A DNA stretch of 64,000 nt. Origin: Eledone cirrhosa. Taxonomy: Eukaryota. Made by a program: the position numbers and the translations under genes. The stretch is from assembly GCA_964016885.1 (NCBI GenBank), contig OZ024742.1, forward strand, positions 271,684,001 through 271,748,000, written 5' to 3'. Position 1 is the first letter of the stretch. Each line of letters starts with the position of its first letter. The notes beneath the pieces are model-generated. The model made no database searches. It saw nothing but the letters and a program-made list of their open reading frames with translations, and was not told the origin of the DNA. Positions 38,624 through 50,514 of this stretch are shown here, in pieces.

Positions 38624-38625
<2 letters not shown>
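37945..38625. mobile_element. 5'-truncated, 5'-inverted RTE-X-like LINE
   Basis: Minus 38255-37945: ISDAEFADDIVL...VGLRMNETKTKYL...YLGA. Plus 38260-38620: LKIRLF...LLNGSETWTLT...DGCYTRMLRMAQNI...GRGRPSLTYVD...MRDRERWR. The same 3' end recurs on the minus strand at 62300-62385. Confidence 0.85.
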
Positions 38626-38691
<66 letters not shown>

Positions 38692-38715
38692 TTATTTATA
38701 ATAAATTGGAGTGAA

Positions 38716-38765
38716 AGCATCTAGTGCGTGTGTTTCTTATTGGCAACATGACCCTCCCAAAGTAT

Positions 38766-38831
<66 letters not shown>

Positions 38832-38958
38832 CGGCGATGAATTTCTTTTTCAAGGTTTTTGATATGAAATCTTGTGTCGAAACACATTGTTATACTTGGG
38901 GATGGTCATATTGTTGTAATAATATTGCCAGAAATAATAACAGAACACACTCACTGTT
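38716..38958. repeat. pLTR-like short repeat in inverted arrangement around (TA)n; same family as 42617-42790
   Basis: ATGACCCTCCCAAAGTATAACAAT pairs with ATTGTTATACTTGGGGATGGTCAT. TGTCGAAACACATTGTT and AATATTGCCAGAAATAATAACA are shared with 42.6-42.8 kb. Confidence 0.7.
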
Positions 38959-38959
38959 T

Positions 38960-40110
38960 GGTTGGTTTTCGATTATGTATCTTTTATGTCTCCATAGTTA
39001 ATTCATTTGGCTATCAATGTTTATGACAGACTGACCAACGGTTCAAAACACAGATATTAATACATATATATAGTCTAACAAAGGTCTTTCGTTGCACATC
39101 TTCAACATCATCAGTGGTACTATTATCATGTTTCCCCTGCTGTATTGTATGTAGTATAGTGTCTACCATTTTTATTTTATATATTTATTTATTTATTTAT
39201 TTATTTATTTTGTCCTCGTCTCTGCACATGCGTTAGCGTGTGTGTATAGTGTTTGGTGTGTGTGTTTGCGTTTGGGTGACATTTTTGGTTATTGTATTCT
39301 ATCTTAGTTTATTAGTGTGTGTTTATATGTGTTTCTTGTTACTGTGCTTGTATATATATAGATATTTATTTATTTATTTATATTTCTCTTAAGTCATTAA
39401 TGTTTCTTTTGGTGTTGTTGTTATTCCATTCATTTTTTTGTTTAGTTTTGGCCTTCTAAGTTCTATTTCTCTGGCCTCTCTCATTTGCCTATTTGCTGGG
39501 TCATTTCTATGTTTAGCTATTATTTTAATTTCTATGTTGTCTATGTTACCGTCATGTTGTTGTCTGGCGTCTTCGTATAATACTGAACCGTTTTTTTTTT
39601 TGTCCTTTTAGTTCCCCCAGTGTTAGTCTATCATTTCACCTATGCTACGAGCTGTCTCAACTATGCATATTGTAACATTTCTGCAAGTACCCTCTGTACA
39701 TCTTATGCTATAGACTACATTTCTAGTTTTACAGTTTATCTCGGGGTATACTTTACATATAACACATTTCTTATTAGTAAAGTGGGTTTTCTTAACAGTG
39801 TATGTTTTTCTGATCAGGGATTTTATGGTAGTTCCTTGCTTTTCTACCACTTTAATCTTTAAGTGGGTCTTCCTTAGGGCCTTACTACATTGGTTAGCTA
39901 ATTGACCTCCAGAGAGTAGTATCCACGAACATGACACTCTTGTATCTCTGGTTGTCGTACCATAAGGTGGCTTTCCCTATCTTATGTTTAGTCCTATCTC
40001 AGCTTTTCCATGATTTGCTACTGTATAATGGGCAAATTCCTTCATGTCCAGTTCTATGAGGGTCTTATACTTCTCCGGGGCTCCTTTTTATACACTGACC
40101 CAGTCTCTTT
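38960..40110 (-). mobile_element. Penelope-like element 3' part of a further family
   Basis: KSVMFVD...GGQLANQC...KIKVVEKQGTTIKSLI...CVIC...NCKTRNVVYSIRC..C...ETARSIGE (PLE linker + GIY-YIG). Hammerhead core at the 3' end. Confidence 0.8.
39071..39122 (-). ncRNA. Hammerhead motif with intact core and stem II; stems I and III decayed
   Basis: Minus: CTGATGA-T-GTTG-AAGATGTG-CAAC-GAAA-GACC. Confidence 0.55.
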
Positions 40111-40319
40111 GGTTGTAGCCCCACATCACCAACACGAGCGAAACTATACAAAAAATACACGAGGGGAGAGAGAAGACCCTCAATGCTGACATGATGATGT
40201 GGACCGACATCCTAAACCCCAGTACACGCACTTCCAACAACTTCCAGCCGTCTAACAATGACATACCACCCTCGTATGGGCTCCGCAGAAATACAGACTG
40301 GCTTCCACAAAAGGTTGAC

Positions 40320-41470
40320 TTTGGAGCTGAAGTGAAAAGGGTCTTTCTCGAATATATCTGTGAAGCTGCTGTTCCACATCAATGGACATCTCATCAATTC
40401 ATCGCCGTACTATGTCATTGCTGAGTGTCATAAGCTGGACCACTGAGTCCTCTATGTGATTCATAACAGTTTGTAAAATCACAGAAATGACTGGCTTACC
40501 TATCGTATGGGGTTTTCCACACTTGGCAATTAATTGTGAAAGTTCTTAGCTCGTTATTAATGATTTAACCTGCTTTTCAGCTACTTTAGGGAAACATTGA
40601 GATAGTGTAGACTGGCAGAAAACTTTCTTTTGAATATCTTGGAAGTATGTAAGCGTCTTTGATGACTTGTCTCGATGCTTCGCTTTGAAGTGTTGTAAGA
40701 GTCACCAAGGCCTCACGGAGTCGTTGCTCAGTGTCTGATGGCAGAGAAGACACATAGGCAATCGAAAATCATGCGTTGCCTCAATGAATCCGAATTTCAA
40801 ATAATCGTCGCTATATTGGCGTACTTTCTTCTTATTTGATGCCATAGGTAAAATATTTGTCAGCAATCAGCTCTTAAATGTCTCCACTGTTATGGACGAT
40901 ATGTGTGAAATGGGATGCGTTAATAATTGTTTCTACTTTAGGCACAAGGCCAGCAATTATCCAGTGCATTACTGGTACTTTATTTTATCGACACCGAAAG
41001 GATGAAAGGCAAAGTCAACCTCGGCGGGATTTGAACTCAGATCGTAAAGGGACGTAACTATGCTGGAAAGCATGGCGTCCGACCCTCTACCGATACTGCC
41101 AATCCGACACAATAGCAGGCGTCTAAGCTAGCCAGTCAATACTCATGCGCTGCAGCCACAGGTTGACGTTACATATTGGCTAGACATTTTCCCAACATTA
41201 CGGTCAAGGTCACGCATTGTGGCTGCATATGCAGACAGAAAGCATGCATACTCTCATACGTGAGCAAGTTTCTTGGCCCTCACACGCGTGGATGCGAAAG
41301 TCACATGCCTCGAAATCACATTTTTCACACAGATCACCAAACTTTCTCCCTCAATTAAGAATACACCTTATTGTTTAGAAGGGTCCATTAATATCATATG
41401 CTCTGCACCCCCAAACAAAATGTATATATGACTAGCAAGGGGGCCCTAGCACCCCAGTTGAGAAACACCG
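40320..41470 (-). mobile_element. hAT-Charlie/Buster transposon 5' half (BED-finger transposase N-terminus)
   Basis: From ATG 40845: MASNKKKVRQYSDDYLKFGFI...PMCLLCHQTLSNDSVRPW*LLQHFKAKH...IAKCGKPHTIG...LSNDIVRR*IDEMS. Terminus CGGTGTTTCTCAACTGGGG at 41470, flanked by TTCTAAAG (Charlie-type 8-bp target). Confidence 0.85.
40921..41105 (-). mobile_element. tRNA-derived SINE nested in the hAT element
   Basis: Nearly identical to 32221-32383. Confidence 0.9.
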
Positions 41471-41479
41471 TTCTAAAGG

Positions 41480-42161
41480 ATATCTCGAACAGCTGAGAGA
41501 CAACGTATGCCTGTTACGCCCCACCCACATGTAAACACATAGCATGCTAAGTTCCTCTATCACAGACGATTTTCGGAAGGCAAAGTTAGAGTTCATTCGT
41601 CGTAATACATGGCGAAAACCCTTTCAGCCACCGTACGACAGACCATATGATGTGATTCATCCAGGGGACAAATCATTTCAACTCCGGATCGGAGTACGAA
41701 ACAACACGATTTCTATCGATAGACTGAAATCAGCCCATCTAAACATTGATAGACCCGTTCAAGTGACTCAATCATCAAACATAGGCCATCCTTGGCAAGT
41801 CGCAACAACCCCTAATGATGAACAGCCGCTAAAGAGCTAGTTAACTAAAGACACAGGATGAATAGTGAAGATATCATATCGGTTCCAGTGACAATCAACC
41901 GTCTGGGAGGGTAGCTATCTAGAGCATGCAGGCAGGCAGCAAAATGGACAGGGTATTTGATTGCATAAGTGATTCCCATAAAGAAGCATATTCCCAGAAC
42001 GAAACGTATTCCCATTATGCAACGGGAATAAAGTGAAACAACGTAGCATATAACCACTCAAGCTTCTCAGAAATGATTAGACATGAAGAAAGATCTGTTT
42101 ATCAGAGACGAATATTACTGTTGTCTTTCCTCGGTCCACATAGAGAGACAAAAAGCTATAC
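41480..42161 (+). mobile_element. Ty3/Gypsy remnant: integrase C-terminal GPY/F region, PPT and probable 3' LTR
   Basis: EFIRRNTWRKPFQPPYDRPYDVIHPGDKSFQLRIGVRNNTISIDRLKSAH. PPT-like CTGGGAGGGTAG at ~41903-41914. Putative LTR to CTATACA at 42161. Possible gag start at 40150-40310. Confidence 0.7.
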
Positions 42162-42616
42162 AGTAATCATTTATCATTTATCTTTTATGATTTGATATGT
42201 ACTTGTGAGTATATATCAATATATGTGTGAATGTGCATATGAATATTGCGTATGTTTATATATATATATATATATGTAAATATGATAATAATGATGGCTG
42301 CGCGTTGCAAATGGTGGTGCATATGAAAAAGTAAGTCCTTCATCAGTGACCCTCCAACCGTCCCAGGCATTTCATCGCTTTAAGGGCCATATGCCTCAGG
42401 TTGGTGCGAACAACGGCTAAAAAAAGTCGTTGGGACACGTAAATAAAGGGGACGTTAGGGTAACAAACAAAATGGTTTAAGCAACGGAAAGTGAGAAGAA
42501 ATAGGCAAGTCCCAGATCTCTATGAATATAAACTCGGTGAAATCGCGAACAAGAGACAAAAGACCATCAAACCTGGTTGAAATGTGAGCAATATATATAT
42601 ATATATATATGTATAC

Positions 42617-42751
42617 ATATTGTTGTACTTGGGGAGGGTCATATTGTAATAATATTGCCAGAAATAATAACAACACACGCACTGTGAGTGTGTTCTGTTA
42701 TTATTTCTGGCAATATTATTACACTATAACCCTCCCCAAGTACAACAATAT
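42617..42751. repeat. Near-perfect ~135-bp palindrome with almost no loop
   Basis: ATATTGTTGTACTTGGGGAGGGTCATATTGTAATAATATTGCCAGAAATAATAACAACACACGCAC-T-GTGAGTGTGTTCTGTTATTATTTCTGGCAATATTATTACACTATAACCCTCCCCAAGTACAACAATAT. Confidence 0.9.
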
Positions 42752-42793
42752 TTGTTTCGACACACGATTCCATATAAAAAATCTTTCAAAACA

Positions 42794-42856
<63 letters not shown>

Positions 42857-42982
42857 TAGCAGCTGAGCCCGGTTACACTCGGGGCTACTTGGGGCCACTT
42901 TTTATTAAGTTAATAAGTTGAGGGGCGACGTGAAGAGAGTGGTTTGACAGAGAGACGTTGGGTGGAGTAGGGTTCAAAAATG

Positions 42983-45900
42983 TTATTGCAGGGCTTCTTT
43001 GTAGATAACGTTCCTGGTGTTGCCCGGGTTACCACAAATGAAGAGATTGTGTGGACTGCCGACGCGGGAGCATCCGACGTATAGTTGACCATGTGCAAAT
43101 ACCTACTGTGTTAGATGTAGGCCAACCACTTGCAGCGATTGTCCTTGTGCTTTGTTAATGCTCATTGCAAAGCAGAGATTTATGGGAAACTGCCGTCGCG
43201 TAAATTCATAGGGGACGTCAGAGGGACTAAGTGTCATAGGGGTAATTAACCTCGTCACGCCAGCAGCGGGTCCGCTAAAAATAGTTGTCTCCAGAATTTG
43301 GATCCTTATTTTTTTAATGTTTAAACGCGTTACGTTGCATAGTGCTGGTGCATTCAGATTTCTTTGCAGCATAACTGGTCCACCAACTTTCAGTTTCAGA
43401 TCATGAGGAGTAAGTCCTGGAGGTAGTTGACTGTTGGAGAATTCCGCGTTTTTATTGGTGTCAATCGACTTGAAGGAAACTTCATTTCTGGGAATCTGAT
43501 CGAGTAGTTTTTGGTTCATCACGTCAGCAGTGGCATTGTGTGGTACCAAAATAGCTCTCCCATTCAGCCAGGTGTGATCATGGAATCGTGATTCAAGGTC
43601 TGGAAATACAGATGACATTAATTCGTCAATATTTGACACAAAGTTCCCAAAAGGCATACGGATATGCTCTTCATCCACTCCAGATGTAGTTCCATTCCTA
43701 ACTTCCAGTAGATGTTTTGAGAAATCGATGGAGTCTGTGTCAGCATGCACATGCATTCTCATGCTGGTTGTCATATGTAGTTTGTGGACATACTGCCTTA
43801 CGTAGGACGACTTAATTCATGCGTTCACTTCGTCAGCTCTAGTGCCTCTAGTGATAACAGGAAGAATCTGTCGGAAATCGCCAGACAGCAGTGCTGTCGC
43901 TCAACCCATGACGGGTGAATTCCGACGCAAGTACATCAGAGTTCGATCCAGAGCCTCAAAGGCCGCCTTGTGACTCCTGATAGTCTCGTCCCATATAATC
44001 AGGCAGCACTCAGAAAGAAGATGTGCTTTAGGGTCGCCACGATCTATTCTAAATGTAGGATTCTCCTTCTTCGCAATGTCCAAAGGCAATTTGAATGCGG
44101 AGTGTGCCGCACGACCGCAATGTAACAGGTTCGCCGCAATACCACCGGAGGCGACAGCTAAAGCAATCCGCTTGTCTTTTCGTAGATTAGCAAGCAAAAT
44201 GTTGATGAGAAAAGTTTTACCCATTCTGCCAGGAGCAGCCAGGAAAAATAGCCGTCCTTCATTTGAATTGACACTGGAGAGAATTCTGTCATATATCCGT
44301 CTCTGGTCATGCAAAAGTATGTGTTCGTCCTGAGCTACTTGATGTGTCATATCGTCGATGTTGTAATTTAACTCACGCATGAACTCCACATCTAAAGAAC
44401 GGTGAGTGTTTCGAGGTTGTGGCAAACCGAAATGAGATACACCGCTAACTCCAAGAGCTTTAATATGGTTGTCCATATCGATGAGGGCATCGTTGACAGC
44501 AAAGCCAGCCGCTGGATCTTCTGCTCGTAGTCTACGGAGGATGTCCTCTGACATATTGTCCTTATACGTTTCCCAAAGCTTAAGGGACTCACCTATGCCG
44601 CAGAACAATAGCATTATGCAAAACAGACGTCTCATTTCTCGAGGCATCTTACATTCAGCAGCCTCTGTCAGCGCCACGGTCAGATGGGCATCATCCTCGA
44701 ATAGCCCGCGCGTCACGCACGCGTCCCTGTAACTAGAGCAAATGTGGCCATCGAAAAGACTTAGGTCGGCGAATATCTTGGGCTCTTTGATTTGATGCAT
44801 CAACATTCGCAGGAAAAAGCATTCTTGTTGCTTCGGATGAACATTGTACACGCGTCCGATAGCATTACTTCTGAAGACACCTACCCAATCCTCAACTTTT
44901 TCCCCTTGTCGCCTGCCGATGCCATTTTTTGTTCGACCAAATGAAGTAGGTAGGTACATCGACGTAAAAAAGGGTAACTGCAAACGTATCGACAGAGCAT
45001 AGTTTAAAAAATGCTGTAAGCGTCATCTCAGGTGGCTGTTCGGCATCAGCCCATACGGTTTCCTCAGTTATATAAACGCGTTGACCATTCTCTAAGTGAA
45101 CATCCAAGTTAACAACTGCTAGAGAGCACCGGTGAATTTCAAGCCCCAAAATGCGCCAAGTCGCTATATTGGACGAAATGTATCTTCCCATCATGAACTG
45201 AGTAATTTCGTCTTTTGATCCTACGCCATCACTGAGGCCAACCACCGCCACGTCGCAGCCTTTGTTCATATATTTACAGATGTATTTAATGCTTTTAACA
45301 GATGTGTATGACTACACCTTGATGTGAGCATTAAATATGTTAGCAAGCAAAGGGCTGTAAGGCAGCACCCAGCTGTTGTCAATGTCGTATTATTTCCCTT
45401 TCTTCTTAATCCTAGCCGTAACGCCGCCAAAATCGGGAGCACGCCGCCGGTAGATGCAGTAGCCGTCAATCCCCGTGCAAGTTTCCCTGGTGAAGGCTCT
45501 GGGGTAGTGTTTGGTGCACTTGTTCCCTTGCATGCATGAATTTTGGCTGTTAAGGGCACCACAGGGTCCATGTATCATATTAGCCAGCACAATGTTGTAA
45601 AGCTGCAAATCAATTTGGGGATCGGGCAACTCTGCACATATAAATCCGAGCATTGAGTTGTCCGTAGATGGGCCTTATCTTTCAGCAAGCACATTAGTCT
45701 CTTCAACTTTCCGTGGAAGACTCTGCCTGTAATATCATGTCTGTCACTCGTCACCTGGCCCGCGAATAAATTCTCCTTAATCTCCACCCAATTAGGATTA
45801 CATGTTAAGGTAATAAAAAGGTTCGGCCGTCCAAACTTACGGACATACGCCATGACATCCTGTTTCCGTTTATGCATGTACCGCCACTAAAGCTTGAAGG

Positions 45901-47703
45901 AAGGATTACCTGATCCCCAACATTGGTTGCGTCACCGTCACGCTGCAAGGCATCCTTAAGATGAGCGTATTGAATCCCTCTTAGTTCTTTTTGATGGGTA
46001 TGCATGTACAGAAGACGCCCCGCTTCAATGCTTGCGTACATATCAACCAAGAACCGGTTTGTCACCTCTTTGAACCTAAGTAGTTGGTTGAATTGACCGT
46101 CTCTGATCATGAGTCGGTATGGCATAAAAATCCATGCTGGAAACTCTCTTTGGTAAAGCAGCAAGACCTTTCGGATCAATTGTGGGAATATCGAAGTTGT
46201 AGCCGTCCTCGCCGTAAGGAAAAAGAAGAGGGTACTGCAAGCAATCGTACGACCGATGGGTTTCTGCAACGAACGTCAGTCTGTTATTGCGATGCTGAAT
46301 GATGATGTCACGTGCACCATGATTTTCGTCAACCATGATTGCTGCTACCTCGTTAGTAGTTGGAGCGTTGAAACCTCCAGGATGCCCACCCGCAGGTCGT
46401 CTGTCAGCTCTGATGACCAATTTCATCTCATGTCTAGAGTCCAAAAGCACCAAAGCAATCTTCAAGTCACGGACGTACGGATGGGTTGCATGGAGCATAG
46501 TTTGAAGTTCCGCAACAATGTTCCCATCAACAGATGAATTGATCTTGCATCTTTGGGAAACTACCTCATCATTCCCACACATGAAGTATACCTGGAGGAA
46601 TTTAGGCTCCTCGCCTAGCTGTGGGCGAAGGCTTCCCTTTAGCTGGTAACACTGACCTTGAATGTTGTAGGTGTAAAGTTTTCCTTTCTTTTTTTCTTCG
46701 TTGTTGTCACAATTGCTGGCGACACCGGTGTTGTTACTGTTGTTGTTGTTCTTTTTGTTGTTTCTGCCATCCCTTACACCATATGATGTCATAGCGAAGC
46801 ATGAATTTGTATCTCCAAATGTTTTTTCGAAACTTCACTCCGTGGTCAGTGTTACCAATGAGAAGATTTTTCAGCAAATCAGTAGGATCAACCAGCGCCT
46901 GAAGTCGAACTTTGACACCGGAACAGCAAAGACCTGGAGCCACACTGACCCACTTCTTAGCCCCACAGGACTGACATACCTTATCCATTTTTCCAAGAGG
47001 CACATCCGGGTGAATGTTGTAATCATCAGAAGGATTGTAGTTACAGCCAGCTTTTAAGCAAAAAGTGTCCCTTGTAATAGTAGCATTTTATTGAGGTTTA
47101 CGCCGTCTACCTGCCAGCCTTTCTTCTCTTGCCTCCGGAGTTTCGTTGAGACGTGAGCATTGACGTCGTGTGCGCTGGTCAGAAATACGGTCCACCCTTA
47201 CCTCGGGCGTCTCGTCGAGAAGTGAGGGTTGGTTTCGAGTGCGCTGATCAGAAAGACGGCCCTCCCTTGCCTCGGGAGTCTCGTCGATACGTGAGCGTTG
47301 GCGCTGATCGCGCTGGGCAGAAAGACGGGCTTCCCTTGCCTCCGGAGTCTCCTCGAGGAGTGTGAGTTGGCGCTGATTGTGGTCGGCAGCGAGACGGACC
47401 TCCCTTGCCCCCGGAGTCTCCTTGAGACGTGAGTGTTGGTCACGAGTGCGCTGGGCAGTAAGACGGGTCTCCCTTGCCTCCGGAGTCTCGTCCAGACGTC
47501 AACGTTGGTGCTGAATGTGCTGGGCAGTAGGACGGGCCTCCCTTGCATCCGATGCCTCCTGCAGTTAAAAAAAAACTGAATGCTTTAACTCGGCTACTAC
47601 TGTTTTACAACTTCTCAAAACAGATATAATATTTTACTGGAGATAAAAGAAGCAAAATAAGAAAGGATTTCGCTAAAAGACGTACCTGCGCACGCGCCTC
47701 CAT
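42983..47703 (-). pseudogene. Disrupted RepHel gene (STPR-like repeats, Zn finger, Rep, Pif1 helicase)
   Basis: ORF pieces 46734-47003, 46076-46792, 45805-46269, 45575-45877, 45390-45653, 44892-45269, 43901-44983 and 43103-43774. Terminal stop at 42983-42985. The HUH motif region appears deleted near 45660. Confidence 0.9.
47110..47558 (-). repeat. Seven 69-bp tandem repeats encoding 23-aa ETPEARE.RL..QR units
   Basis: Period 69 (CCTCCCTTGC-like at 47261, 47330, 47399). The true frame differs from ORF 47198-47548. Confidence 0.85.
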
Positions 47704-48522
47704 TATTCGCAATTTAAGGGCTTTTTTTCGTTTAGAAGAAAATACTGGTCATTTTCGGTTAGGCATATCGTATAACGATACTATAGAAGCAGTGTAAACA
47801 TAATTTAGGTTAAATACTGAACCACTGAGAGCACGTAGTCGTTTCAATAAAAAGTTGCATTAAAAGTGGGAGGCATTGAATGTAAAATGCTAAGTTAAAA
47901 GTGAAAAATTAATGTCATTGTTTACGTACAATGAATTGGAAATGTTTCACTAAGAGATGGATATAAAAGTATTTTAGGTTAAATAGTATAGAGAAGTGTG
48001 TAAGATACATACATACACACCACACTCAGCTTTATATAAATATCGTGTGTATGTGTGTGTGTTTTATGCGAGCGACGACAGATCAAAGATATATAACACG
48101 TGACTGAACGTTAACTAAAGTTTGCTGCCCCCCTCTCTCTCTCTGAATATCTAACACTTTAATTGTATCTCTCTTTGTCTAACGGCCTATCTCTCTCTGC
48201 ATGGTTGTCAAATATGGAGTGAAGAGCGACAGATAGAGTAAATCAGTTAAATTATAGAGAGGGGGAATGATCTATTATATAGAGAGGGAAAAACGACGGA
48301 GAGATTAAAGCTAAGAAATTATAGGGAGGTAAAATCGATAGAAAAAGACCGTTTATTGGCCCTTGAGACCAGATTTTTAAATTTAAAGGACCTGTCGCTT
48401 CTTCGGCACCTTTTGCATTATTGTGTAAATTGTCATGACAATGAGAGCATTTGTACTACCCTTTTGCCTGTATCCAGATACGACTCAGACAATTTTCGCC
48501 CATTTCACATTTATATAATAGA

Positions 48523-49544
48523 CTAGCAGAAAACCACCCGGTGGGCGGTTTTCTGCTAGCAAATCTAGTGTATATACTGATATTGTTGAGATTTGGATGA
48601 GAAATGTTTTCGGCACCACATGTTCACCGTCTCTCGGTGTGTCTTTTATGCATGTATAAATATAAATGTTATCTATACGGTGAAATCTTTGAAATAAATA
48701 TATGTTAAAACGAAAAAGGAGAAAATAAATAACTGGCGGTTAAAAAAATATTCCTATGAAATTTTAATCATATCATTATGTGTGAATAAGGAAATATTGT
48801 TTTATTGTCAAAACAAATGTTCAAAAGTTAAACTTAAATTTTTTGAATTATTTCTAATTTGTTCATGAAATTGAACACTGGACATTGGCTGCTGGAAATG
48901 GAAATTAAATCGTATTTAATTGTGTTTAAATTTCTAACCTTATTTTATTATTTATATTTGTTCAATAAGAAATTTAAAAAAACAACAAAATTAATTGAAG
49001 AAAAAAATAGAACAAATCAAACGTAGGTTATGTAACTGCGCAATCTGATTAATAAATTACCTCATCAGCAGCAACCTTCTTCAAATGGTCCTTATTATCA
49101 GCAGCAACAATCACAAATTCAATGGCAACATTCTTCAAACCACAAATTCAATGGCAACCTTCTTCAAATGGTCCTTATTATCAGCAGCAACAATCACAAA
49201 TTCATTGGCAACCTTCTTCAAACCACAAATTCAATGGCAACCTTCTTCGCATGGTGTCAAGTCAGAACCGCCTCGAACTGGTTACTTCTGGCTTATGCAA
49301 GGTGTTTATATAGCAACCAGCGATTCCCTCGGCCTCGGTGACCAAAGTCAGTGGAGAGGGGAAGGTAATATTTCTGTAGCACGTGTTTTAGCGTCTATTC
49401 ACTCTCTCTCTCTCTCCCTCTCTCCCTCCCGCTATCCCCCTCTCGTAGTCTGTCTCTTTCTTTCACTCTCACTCTCTCTCTACGCACGTGTTTCCACTGT
49501 CGGACAGACAGACAGAGAAATTGCTGGTTATATATATAAGTAGA
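48523..49544 (-). mobile_element. Non-autonomous Helitron, head-to-tail with the RepHel element
   Basis: 5' TCTACTTATATATATAA at 49544. 3' CTAG at 48523-48526 within the palindrome CTAGCAGAAAACCACCCGGTGGGCGGTTTTCTGCTAG. Internal ~81-bp tandem repeats at 49065-49248. Confidence 0.8.
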
Positions 49545-50214
49545 TTACTAAAACAGAGAATGTACGTTTGTCTGTTTGTCTGTGCAGTCACTAGAACTCG
49601 AGAACCACCCAACATATTGTTTTCAAGCTTTACACATGTAATACTTATGGTTCTATTGGGTGTTCTGAGCAAAAACAATTTCAAATATTCAATGCACTAG
49701 GGACTGCATTAGGCGATTTAGCGATCTCTTTCTCTCTCTTAGTCTTTCTCTTTTTAGATAGATACATAGATATGACGCCGCGCCCTTGTAATATATGTCT
49801 GTATGCCTGAAAGTCTGCATTACGTCATTATGACGCGATCCGTGTTGGTGTTTATATATGTATATATATATATATATATATATTCTTATGCCAGGGAACG
49901 TCTTCACGAACCAAAGTATCGTCTTCCTGTTTTCCTTCGGTTGCAACATTTTTCGAAATATTTACATCTGCGTTTACAGATTGATTTTTTTAGTTTCAGA
50001 AGATCCCGTTAATGTTGAAAGAAGCGATTCTTTGCATAAAATGTAATATGTTATTTTGATATAGATATTCGTGTACAGATATTTTTGCATACACAAAAAC
50101 AAAACATAAAGAAATAATCAGTTAGTCTTGGTGTACTTCATACTGCTTTTAGGTAGAAGAACCCGTTAAAGGTGAAAGCAGCGATTCTTTGCTTAAACTT
50201 TAATCTGTTATTTT

Positions 50215-50284
<70 letters not shown>

Positions 50285-50451
50285 TTGTACCCGTTCCATT
50301 TTATATATATATATATATGTGCAAAAGTTCTATTTAAATTGTTGGGATACAACAAGTAAATATTTTTATAATTGATGTAAAGCACTCGACAAGTATTTGG
50401 AGTAGATATACGATATTAACAAATGGAAACTATATTTATAAAACCATATTT

Positions 50452-50514
50452 ATTTCATTATACATATTTCAAGGATACCAAGTTAAATTATGGTATGCGT
50501 TCATCAGACAAAAT
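50452..50514 (-). ncRNA. Type I hammerhead in the inverted pLTR
   Basis: Minus: ATTTTGT-CTGATGA-ACGCATACCA...TGGTATCCTT-GAAA-TATGTA-TA-ATGAAAT. Confidence 0.7.

Larger units (their letters stand above)
42856..48522 (-). mobile_element. Full-length formerly autonomous Helitron (RepHel), pseudogenised
   Basis: 5' end TCTATTATATAA at 48522. 3' end hairpin CCCG-AGTGTAAC-CGGG followed by CTCAGCTGCTAG at 42856. Rep motif 1 (RPNLFITLTCNPNW) and motif 3 (SIKYICKYMNKG). Pif1 helicase (APGRMGKT, IIWDE, GDFRQILPV, FAMSINKAQGQSL, HGQLYV). Confidence 0.95.

Noticed and set aside
43103-44983. Host PIF1 helicase gene
   Set aside because: Contiguous with Rep motifs and bounded by Helitron TC/CTAG termini; frameshifted.
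47198-47548. Repetitive 116-aa ORF, or a CRISPR-like array
   Set aside because: 69-bp coding tandem repeats of the Helitron read in the wrong frame. No constant-repeat/unique-spacer pattern and no cas genes in this eukaryotic DNA.
49085-49543. 152-aa ORF with Q/S-rich repeats
   Set aside because: Internal tandem repeats and a (CT)n tract of a non-autonomous Helitron; no domain.
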